Origin: Balanoglossus misakiensis | Taxonomy: Eukaryota; Animalia; Hemichordata | Direction: 5' to 3' | DNA: 64,000 nucleotides | Assembly (NCBI GenBank): GCA_040954595.2 | Contig: CM082586.2 | Span: forward strand, 9,827,337 to 9,891,336 | Shown here: in pieces, positions 52,701 through 64,000 of the stretch | Numbering within the stretch: position 1 is the first letter of the stretch | Layout of the letters: each line of letters starts with the position of its first letter | Notes under the pieces: model-generated | Told to the model about the DNA's origin: nothing | Seen by the model: only the letters and a program-made list of their open reading frames with translations | Database searches by the model: none | Program-made: the position numbers and the translations under genes

Positions 52701-55700
52701 TGTGTTTGGAAGCAACCATGGAAATTTTAGAACTATCTCTCGATCTACAGAGTCTAGTGGAAAACTTTATTATGCACATATGCCTATCTATGTGTTCTGC
52801 GCATCACAACAGAAATCGGTAAATAAACGAGGCTGTTTGGAAGCAACCATGGAAATTTTACAACTATCCGTCGATCTACAGAGTCTGGTGGAAAACTTTC
52901 TTATGCGCATAGGCCTATTACGTGCTCTGCGCCTCACAACAGAATTCGGTAAATAAACGAGGCTGTTTGGAAGCAACCATGGAAATTTTAGAACTATCCG
53001 TCGATCTACAGAGTCTAGTGGAAAAATGTCTTATGCGCATAGGCCTATCATGTGTTCTGCGCCTCACAACAGAAATCGGTAAATAAACGAGGCTGTTTGG
53101 AAGCAACCATGGAAATTGTACAACTATCCGTCGATCTAAAGAGTCTAGTGGAAAACGTTCTTATGCGCATAGGCCTATCTATGTGTTATGCGCATCACAA
53201 CAGAAATCGGTAAATAAACGAGGCTGTATTTGGAAGCAACCATGAAATTTTACAACTATCCGTCGATCTACAGAGTCTGGTGGAAAACTTCCTTATGCGC
53301 ATAGACCTATTACGTGTTCTGCGCCTCACAACAGAATTCGGTAAATAAACGAGGCTGTTTGGAAGCAACCATGGACATTGTAGAACTATCCGTCGATCTA
53401 CAAAGTCTAGTGGAAACGTTCTTATGCGCATAGGCCTATCAATGTGTTATGCGCATCACAACAGAAATCGGTAAATAAACGAGGCTGTATTTGGAAGCAA
53501 CCATGAAATTTTACAACTATCCGTCGATCTACAGAGTCTAGTGGAAAAATGTCTCATGCGCATAGGCCTATCATGTGTTCTGCGCCTCACAACAGAAATC
53601 GGTAAATAAACGAGGCTGTTTGGAAGCAACCATGGAAATTTTACAGCTATCCGTCGATCTACAGAGTCTAGTGGAAAAATGTCTCATGCGCATAGGCCTA
53701 TCATGTGTTCTGCGCCTCACAACAGAAATCGGTAAATAAACGAGGCTGTTTGGAAGCAACCATGGAAATTTTACAGCTATCCGTCGATCTACAGAGTCTA
53801 GTGGAAACGTTCTTATGCGCATAGGCCTATATATGTGTTCTGCGCATCACAACAGAATTTTGTAAACAAACGAGGCTGTGTTTGGTAGCAACCATGGACA
53901 TTTTAGAACTATCTCTCGATCTACAGAGTCTATAGTGGAAAACTTTCTTATGCACATATGCCTATCTATGTGTTCTGCGCCTCACAACAGAATTCGGTAA
54001 ATAAACGAGGCTGTTTGGAAGCAACCATGGAAATTTTACAACTATCCGTCGATCTACAGAGTCTAGTGGAAAACGTTATTATGCGCATAGGCCTATATAT
54101 GTGTTCTGCGCATCACAACAGAATTTTGTAAACAAACGAGGCTGTGTTTGGAAGCAACCATGGACATTTTAGAACTATCTCTCGATCTACAGAGTCTATA
54201 GTGGAAAACTTTCTTATGCACATAGGCCTATCAATGTGTTCTGTGCCTCACAACAGAATTCGGTAAATAAACGAGGCTGTTTGGAAGCAACCATGGAAAT
54301 TTTAGAACTATCCGTCGATCTACAGAGTCTAGTGGAAAACGTTCTTAGGAAGCAACCATGGACATTTTAGAACTATCTCTCGATCTACAGAGTCTATAGT
54401 GGAAAACTTTCTTATGCACATATGCCTATCTATGTGTTCTGCGCCTCACAACAGAATTCGGTAAATAAACGAGGCTGTTTGGAAGCAACCATGGAAATTT
54501 TACAACTATCCGTCGATCTACAGAGTCTAGTGGAAAACGTTATTATGCGCATAGGCCTATATATGTGTTCTGCGCATCACAACAGAATTTTGTAAACAAA
54601 CGAGGCTGTGTTTGGAAGCAACCATGGAAATTTTAGAACTATCTCTCGATCTACAGAGTCTAGTGGAAAACTTTATTATGCACATATGCCTATCTATGTG
54701 TTCTGCGCATCACAACAGAAATCGGTAAATAAACGAGGCTGTTTGGAAGCAACCATGGAAATTTTACAACTATCCGTCGATCTACAGAGTCTGGTGGAAA
54801 ACTTTCTTATGCGCATAGGCCTATTACGTGCTCTGCGCCTCACAACAGAATTCGGTAAATAAACGAGGCTGTTTGGAAGCAACCATGGAAATTTTAGAAC
54901 TATCCGTCGATCTACAGAGTCTAGTGGAAAAATGTCTTATGCGCATAGGCCTATCATGTGTTCTGCGCCTCACAACAGAAATCGGTAAATAAACGAGGCT
55001 GTTTGGAAGCAACCATGGAAATTGTACAACTATCCGTCGATCTAAAGAGTCTAGTGGAAAACGTTCTTATGCGCATAGGCCTATCTATGTGTTATGCGCA
55101 TCACAACAGAAATCGGTAAATAAACGAGGCTGTATTTGGAAGCAACCATGAAATTTTACAACTATCCGTCGATCTACAGAGTCTGGTGGAAAACTTCCTT
55201 ATGCGCATAGACCTATTACGTGTTCTGCGCCTCACAACAGAATTCGGTAAATAAACGAGGCTGTTTGGAAGCAACCATGGACATTGTAGAACTATCCGTC
55301 GATCTACAAAGTCTAGTGGAAACGTTCTTATGCGCATAGGCCTATCAATGTGTTATGCGCATCACAACAGAAATCGGTAAATAAACGAGGCTGTATTTGG
55401 AAGCAACCATGAAATTTTACAACTATCCGTCGATCTACAGAGTCTAGTGGAAAAATGTCTCATGCGCATAGGCCTATCATGTGTTCTGCGCCTCACAACA
55501 GAAATCGGTAAATAAACGAGGCTGTTTGGAAGCAACCATGGAAATTTTACAGCTATCCGTCGATCTACAGAGTCTAGTGGAAAAATGTCTCATGCGCATA
55601 GGCCTATCATGTGTTCTGCGCCTCACAACAGAAATCGGTAAATAAACGAGGCTGTTTGGAAGCAACCATGGAAATTTTACAGCTATCCGTCGATCTACAG

Positions 55701-58700
55701 AGTCTAGTGGAAACGTTCTTATGCGCATAGGCCTATATATGTGTTCTGCGCATCACAACAGAATTTTGTAAACAAACGAGGCTGTGTTTGGTAGCAACCA
55801 TGGACATTTTAGAACTATCTCTCGATCTACAGAGTCTATAGTGGAAAACTTTCTTATGCACATATGCCTATCTATGTGTTCTGCGCCTCACAACAGAATT
55901 CGGTAAATAAACGAGGCTGTTTGGAAGCAACCATGGAAATTTTACAACTATCCGTCGATCTACAGAGTCTAGTGGAAAACGTTATTATGCGCATAGGCCT
56001 ATATATGTGTTCTGCGCATCACAACAGAATTTTGTAAACAAACGAGGCTGTGTTTGGAAGCAACCATGGACATTTTAGAACTATCTCTCGATCTACAGAG
56101 TCTATAGTGGAAAACTTTCTTATGCACATAGGCCTATCAATGTGTTCTGTGCCTCACAACAGAATTCGGTAAATAAACGAGGCTGTTTGGAAGCAACCAT
56201 GGAAATTTTAGAACTATCCGTCGATCTACAGAGTCTAGTGGAAAACGTTCTTATGCGCATAGGCCTATATATGTGTTCTGCGCATCACAACAGAATTTTG
56301 TAAACAAACGAGGCTGTGTTTGGAAGCAACCATGGAAATTTTAGAACTATCTCTCGATGTACAGAGTCTATAGTGGAAAACTTTCTTATGCACATATGCC
56401 TATCTATGTGTTCTGCGCCTCAAAACAGAATTCCGTCAATAAACGAGGCTGTTTGGAAGCAACCATGGACATTTTAGAACTATTCGTCGATCTACGGAGT
56501 CTAGTGGAAAACTTTCTTATGCGCATAGGCATATGTATGTGTTCTACGCATCACAACAGAATTCGGTAAATAAACGAGGCTGTTTGGAAACAACCATGGA
56601 AATTTTTGAACTATCCGTTGATCTAAAGTTGAAAAGTTTTTTATGCGCATAGGCCTATCTATGTGTTCTGCGCCTCACAACAGAAATCGGTAAATAAACG
56701 AGGCTGTTTGGAAGCAACCATGGAAATTTTACAACTATCTCTCGATCTACAGAGTCTATAGTGGAAAACTTTCTTATTCACATATGCCTATCTATGTGTT
56801 CTGCGCCTCAAAACAGAATTCCGCAAATAAACGAGGCTGTTTGGAAGCAAACATGGAAGTTTTAGAACTATCTCTGGATCTACAGTGTATAGTGGAAAAC
56901 GTTCATATGCGCACAGGCCTATCTATGTGTTCTGCGCATCACAACAGAATTTTGTAAACAATCGAGGATGTGTTTGGAAGAAATCATGGAAATTTTAGAA
57001 CTATCCGTCGATCTACAGAGTCTAGTGGGAAACTTTCTTATGCGCATAGGCATATGTATGTGTTCAGCGCATCACAACAGAATTTTGTAAATGAACGAGG
57101 CTGTGTTTGGAAACAACCATGGAACTTTTACAACTATCCGTCGATCTACGGAGTCTGGTGGAAAACTTTCTTATGCGCATAGGCCTATTGCGTGCTCTGC
57201 GCCTCACAACAGAATTCGGTAAATAAACGAGGCTGTTTGGAAGCAACCATGGAAATTTTAGAACTATCCGTCGATCTACAGAGTCTGGTGGAAAACTTCC
57301 TTATGCGCATAGACCTATTACGTGTTCTGCGCCTCACAACAGAATTCGGTAAATAAACGATGCTGTTTGGAAGCAACCATGGAAATTGTACAACTATCCG
57401 TCGATCTACAGAGTCTAGTGGAAAACGTTCTTATGCGCATAGGCCTATCTATGTGTTATGCGCATCACAACAGAAATCGGTAAATAAACGAGGCTGTGTT
57501 TGGAAGCAACCATGGACATTTTAGAACTATCTCTCGATCTACAGAGTCTATAGTGGAAAACTTTCTTATGCACATATGCCTATCTATGTGTTCTGCGCCT
57601 CACAACAGAAATCGGTAAATAAACGAGGCTGTTTAAAAGCAACCATGGAAATTTTACAGCTATCCGTCGATCTACAGAGTCTAGTGGAAACGTTCTTATG
57701 CGCATAGGCCTATATATGTGTTCTGCGCATCATAACAGAATTTTGTAAACAAACGAGGCTGTGTTTGGGAGCAACCATGGACATTTTAGAACTATCTCTC
57801 GATCTACAGAGTCTATAGTGGAAAACTTTCTTATGCACATATGCCTATCTATGTGTTCTGCGCCTCACAACAGAAATCGGTAAATAAACGAGGCTGTTTA
57901 AAAGCAACCATGGAAATTTTACAGCTATCCGTCGATCTACAGAGTCTAGTGGAAACGTTCTTATGCGCATAGGCCTATATATGTGTTCTGCGCATCACAA
58001 CAGAATTTTGTAAACAAACGAGGCTGTGTTTGGAAGCAACCATGGACATTTTAGAACTATCTCTCGATCTATAGAGTCTATGGTGGAAAACTTTCTTATG
58101 CACATATGCCTATCTATGTGTTCTGCGCCTCACAACAGAATTCGGTAAATAAACGAGGCTGTTTGGAAGCAACCATGGAAATTTTACAGCTATCCGTCGA
58201 TCTACAGAGTCTAGTGGAAACGTTCTGATGCGCATAGGCCTATATATGTGTTCTGCGCATCACAACAGAATTTTGTAAACAAACGAGGCTGTGTTTGGAA
58301 GCAACCATGGACATTTTAGAACTATCTCTCGATCTACAGAGTCTAGTGGAAAACTTTATTATGCACATATGCCTATCTATGTGTTCTGCGCATCACAACA
58401 GAAATCGGTAAATAAACGAGGCTGTTTGGAAGCAACCATGGAAATTGTACAACTATCCGTCGATCTACAGAGTCTGGTGGAAAACTTTCTTATGCGCATA
58501 GGCCTATTACGTGCTCTGCGCCTCACAACAGAATTCGGTAAATAAACGAGGCTGTTTGGAAGCAACCATGGAAATTTTAGAACTATCCGTCGATCTACAG
58601 AGTCTAGTGGAAAAATGTCTTATGCGCATAGGCCTATCATGTGTTCTGCGCCTCACAACAGAAATCGGTAAATAAACGAGGCTGTTTGGAAGCAACCATG

Positions 58701-61700
58701 GAAATTGTACAACTATCCGTCGATCTACAGAGTCTAGTGTAAAACGTTCTTATGCGCATAGGCCTATCTATGTGTTATGCGCATCACAACAGAAATCGGT
58801 AAATAAACGAGGCTGTATTTGGAAGCAACCATGAAATTTTACAGCTATCCGTCGATCTACAGAGTCTAGTGGAAACGTTCTTATGCGCATAGGCCTATAT
58901 ATGTGTTCTGCGCATCACAACAGAATTTTGTAAACAAACGAGGCTGTGTTTGGTAGCAACCATGGACATTTTAGAACTATCTCTCGATGTACAGAGTCTA
59001 TAGTGGAAAACTTTCTTATGCACATATGCCTATCTATGTGTTCTGCGCCTCACAACAGAATTCGGTAAATAAACGAGGCTGTTTGGAAGCAACCATGGAA
59101 ATTTTACAACTATCCGTCGATCTACAGAGTCTAGTGGAAAACGTTATTATGCGCATAGGCCTATATATGTGTTCTGCGCATCACAACAGAATTTTGTAAA
59201 CAAACGAGGCTGTGTTTGGAAGCAACCATGGACATTTTAGAACTATCTCTCGATCTACAGAGTCTATAGTGGAAAACTTTCTTATGCACATAGGCCTATC
59301 TATGTGTTCTGCGCCTCACAACAGAAATCGGTAAATAAACGAGGCTGTATTTGGAAGCAACCATGAAATTTTACAACTATCCGTCGATCTACAGAGTCTA
59401 GTGGAAAAATGTCTCATGCGCATAGGCCTATCATGTGTTCTGCGCCTCACAACAGAAATCGGTAAATAAACGAGGCTGTTTGGAAGCAACCATGGAAATT
59501 TTACAGCTATCCGTCGATCTACAGAGTCTAGTGGAAACGTTCTTATGCGCATAGGCCTATATATGTGTTCTGCGCATCACAACAGAATTTTGTAAACAAA
59601 CGAGGCTGTGTTTGGTAGCAACCATGGACATTTTAGAACTATCTCTCGATCTACAGAGTCTATAGTGGAAAACTTTCTTATGCACATATGCCTATCTATG
59701 TGTTCTGCGCCTCACAACAGAAATCGGTAAATAAACGAGGCTGTTTAAAAGCAACCATGGAAATTTTACAGCTATCCGTCGATCTACAGAGTCTAGTGGA
59801 AACGTTCTTATGCGCATAGGCCTATATATGTGTTCTGCGCATCACAACAGAATTTTGTAAACAAACGAGGCTGTGTTTGGAAGCAACCATGGACATTTTA
59901 GAACTATCTCTCGATCTATAGAGTCTATAGTGGAAAACTTTCTTATGCACATATGCCTATCTATGTGTTCTGCGCCTCACAACAGAATTCGGTAAATAAA
60001 CGAGGCTGTTTGGAAGCAACCATGGAAATTTTACAACTATCCGTCGATCTACAGAGTCTAGTGGAAAACGTTATTATGCGCATAGGCCTATATATGTGTT
60101 CTGCGCATCACAACAGAATTTTGTAAACAAACGAGGCTGTGTTTGGAAGCAACCATGGAAATTTTAGAACTATCTCTCGATCTACAGAGTCTAGTGGAAA
60201 ACTTTATTATGCACATATGCCTATCTATGTGTTCTGCGCATCACAACAGAAATCGGTAAATAAACGAGGCTGTTTGGAAGCAACCATGGAAATTTTACAA
60301 CTATCCGTCGATCTACAGAGTCTGGTGGAAAACTTTCTTATGCGCATAGGCCTATTACGTGCTCTGCGCCTCACAACAGAATTCGGTAAATAAACGAGGC
60401 TGTTTGGAAGCAACCATGGAACTTTTAGAACTATCCGTCGATCTACAGAGTCTAGTGGAAAAATGTCTTATGCGCATAGGCCTATCATGTGTTCTGCGCC
60501 TCACAACAGAAATCGGTAAATAAACGAAGCTGTTTGGAAGCAACCATGGAAATTGTACAACTATCCGTCGATCTACAGAGTCTAGTGTAAAACGTTCTTA
60601 TGCGCATAGGCCTATCTATGTGTTATGCGCATCACAACAGAAATCGGTAAATAAACGAGGCTGTATTTGGAAGCAACCATGAAATTTTACAGCAATCCGT
60701 CGATCTACAGAGTCTAGTGGAAACGTTCTTATGCGCATAGGCCTATATATGTGTTCTGCGCATCACAACAGAATTTTGTAAACAAACGAGGCTGTGTATG
60801 GTAGCAACCATGGACATTTTAGAACTATCTCTCGATCTACAGAGTCTATAGTGGAAAACTTTCTTATGCACATATGCCTATCTATGTGTTCTGCGCCTCA
60901 CAACAGAATTCGGTAAATAAACGAGGCTGTTTGGAAGCAACCATGGAAATTTTACAACTATCCGTCGATCTACAGAGTCTAGTGGAAAACGTTATTATGC
61001 GCATAGGCCTATATATGTGTTCTGCGCATCACAACAGAATTTTGTAAACAAACGAGGCTGTGTTTGGAAGCAACCATGGACATTTTAGAACTATCTCTCG
61101 ATCTACAGAGTCTATAGTGGAAAACTTTCTTATGCACATAGGCCTATCTATGTGTTCTGCGCCTCACAACAGAAATCGGTAAATAAACGAGGCTGTATTT
61201 GGAAGCAACCATGAAATTTTACAACTATCCGTCGATCTACAGAGTCTAGTGGAAAAATGTCTCATGCGCATAGGCCTATCATGTGTTCTGCGCCTCACAA
61301 CAGAAATCGGTAAATAAACGAGGCTGTTTGGAAGCAACCATGGAAATTTTACAACTATCCGTCGATCTACAGAGTCTAGTGGAAAACGTTATTATGCGCA
61401 TAGGCCTATATATGTGTTCTGCGCATCACAACAGAATTTTGTAAACAAACGAGGCTGTGTTTGGAAGCAACCATGGACATTTTAGAACTATCTCTCGATC
61501 TACAGAGTCTATAGTGGAAAACTTTCTTATGCACATAGGCCTATCTATGTGTTCTGCGCCTCACAACAGAAATCGGTAAATAAACGAGGCTGTATTTGGA
61601 AGCAACCATGAAATTTTACAACTATCCGTCGATCTACAGAGTCTAGTGGAAAAATGTCTCATGCGCATAGGCCTATCATGTGTTCTGCGCCTCACAACAG

Positions 61701-64000
61701 AAATCGGTAAATAAACGAGGCTGTTTGGAAGCAACCATGGAAATTTTACAGCTATCCGTCGATCTACAGAGTCTAGTGGAAACGTTCTTATGCGCATAGG
61801 CCTATATATGTGTTCTGCGCATCACAACAGAATTTTGTAAACAAACGAGGCTGTGTTTGGTAGCAACCATGGACATTTTAGAACTATCTCTCGATCTACA
61901 GAGTCTATAGTGGAAAACTTTCTTATGCACATATGCCTATCTATGTGTTCTGCGCCTCACAACAGAATTCGGTAAATAAACGAGGCTGTTTGGAAGCAAC
62001 CATGGAAATTTTACAACTATCCGTCGATCTACAGAGTCTAGTGGAAAACGTTATTATGCGCATAGGCCTATATATGTGTTCTGCGCATCACAACAGAATT
62101 TTGTAAACAAACGAGGCTGTGTTTGGAAGCAACCATGGACATTTTAGAACTATCTCTCGATCTACAGAGTCTATAGTGGAAAACTTTCTTATGCACATAG
62201 GCCTATCAATGTGTTCTGTGCCTCACAACAGAATTCGGTAAATAAACGAGGCTGTTTGGAAGCAACCATGGAAATTTTACAACTATCCGTCGATCTACAG
62301 AGTCTAGTGGAAAACGTTCTTATGCGCATAGGCCTATATATGTGTTCTGCGCATCACAAAAGAATTTTGTAAACAAACGAGGCTGTGTTTGGAAGCAACC
62401 ATGGACATTTTAGAACTATCTCTCGATCTACAGAGTCTATAGTGGAAAACTTTCTTATGCACATATGCCTATCTATGTGTTCTGCGCCTCAAAACAGAAT
62501 TCCGTAAATAAACGAGGCTGTTTGGAAGCAAACATGGCAATTTTAGAACTATCTCTCGATCTACAGAGTATAGTGGAAAACGTTCATATGCGCATAGGCC
62601 TATCTATGTGTTCTGCGCATCACAACAGAATTTTGTAAACAAACCAGGCTTTGTTTGGAAGCAACCATGGACATTTTAGAACTATTCGTCGATCTACGGA
62701 GTCTAGTGGAAAACTTTCTTATGCGCATAGGCATATGTATGTGTTCTACGCATCACAACAGAATTCGGTAAATAAACGAGGCTGTTTGGAAACAACCATG
62801 GAAATTTTAGAACTATCCGTTGATCTAAAGTTGAAAAGTTTTTTATGCGCATAGGCCTATCTATGTGTTCTGCGCCTCACAACAGAAATCGGTAAATAAA
62901 CGAGGCTGTTTGGAAGCAACCATGGAAATTTTACAACTATCTCTCGATCTACAGAGTCTATAGTGGAAAACTTTCTTATTCACATATGCCTATCTATGTG
63001 TTCTGCGCCTCAAAACAGAATTCCGCAAATAAACGAGGCTGTTTGGAAGCAAACATGGAAGTTTTAGAACTATCTCTATCTACAGTGTATAGTGGAAAAC
63101 GTTCATATGCGCATAGGCCTATCTATGTGTTCTGCGCATCACAACAGAATTTTGTAAACAAACGAGGCTGTGTTTGGTAGCAACCATGGACATTTTAGAA
63201 CTATCTCTCGATCTACAGAGTCTATAGTGGAAAACTTTCTTATGCACATATGCCTATCTATGTGTTCTGCGCCTCACAACAGAATTCGGTAAATAAACGA
63301 GGCTGTTTGGAAGCAACCATGGAAATTTTACAACTATCCGTCGATCTACGGAGTCTGGTGGAAAACTTTCTTATGCGCATAGGCCTATTACGTGTTCTGC
63401 GTCTCACAACAGAATTCGGTAAATAAACGAGGCTGTTTGGAAGCAACCATGGAAATTTTAGAACTATCTCTCGATCTACAGAGTCTAGTGGAAAACGTTC
63501 TTATGCGCATAGGCCTATATATGTGTTCTGCGCATCACAACAGAATTCGTAAACAAACGAGGTTGTTTGGAAGCAACCATGGAAATTTTACAACTATCCG
63601 TCGATCTACAGAGTCTAGTGGAAAAATGTCTTATGCGCATTGGCCTATCATGTGTTCTGCGCCTCACAACAGAAATCAGTAAATAAACGAGGCTGTTTGG
63701 AAGCAACCATGGAAATTTTACAACTATCAGTCCATCTACAGAGTCTGGTGGAAAACTTTCTTATGCGCATAGGCCTATAACGTGTTCTGCGCCTAACAAC
63801 AGAATTCGGTAAATAAACGAGGCTGTTTGGAAGCAACCATGGAAATTTTACAACTATCCGTCGATCTACAGAGTCTAGTGGAAACGTTCTTATGCGCATA
63901 GGCCTATATATGTGTTCTGCGCATCACAACAGAATTTTGTAAACAAACGAGGCTGTGTTTGGTAGCAACCATGGACATTTTAGAACTATCTCTCGATCTA
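25763..64000 (+). repeat. ~131-bp satellite DNA array, >38 kb, ~290 head-to-tail monomers with higher-order repeats; runs off the window end
   Basis: Monomer approximately gaggctgtttggaagcaaccatggaaattttacaactatccgtcgatctacagagtctagtggaaaacgttcttatgcgcataggcctatctatgtgttctgcgcatcacaacagaattcggtaaataaac. Adjacent spurious ORFs are offset by 130 bp. Single orientation throughout, and no inserted foreign sequence was seen. Confidence 0.99.

Noticed and set aside
25769-63899. About 100 short ORFs (MLPNSLVYLP..., MFGSNHGNF..., MRIRTFPLD...) as a gene family
   Set aside because: They are translations of the satellite. Monomer lengths vary and are mostly not multiples of 3, frames break every 1-2 monomers, most starts are non-ATG, and no domain is recognisable.
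25763-64000. CRISPR array or repeat-spacer system
   Set aside because: The whole 131-bp unit is repeated, with no unique spacers and no cas genes. The context is eukaryotic.

Overview
Eukaryotic, intron-containing, AT-rich animal-type DNA. A marine invertebrate origin is plausible, but that is an inference. There are no prokaryotic operons, rRNA, tRNA or CRISPR arrays. The window has four zones. (1) 1-1120: a near-identical triplication of a ~270-bp block that carries minus-strand splice signals. (2) ~1540-17650: a non-coding nested tandem duplication of three diverged 4-6.5 kb units, each built from older shuffled modules. Two copy-specific insertions have visible empty sites in sister copies. 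One of them (4140-4710) starts with a 69-bp-arm hairpin whose 9 mismatches are all G-A pairs. (3) 19429-24347: the first three coding exons (30, 99, 99 nt, all phase 0) of a plus-strand ankyrin-repeat gene, with several MITEs in the introns. (4) 25763 to the window end: more than 38 kb of a ~131-bp satellite (~290 monomers) with shifting higher-order periods. It lies downstream of the last visible ankyrin donor site, so it is inside or disrupting the gene. Almost all ORFs in the supplied track are repeat-derived artefacts. Coordinates were read by hand and repeat-block boundaries are approximate.
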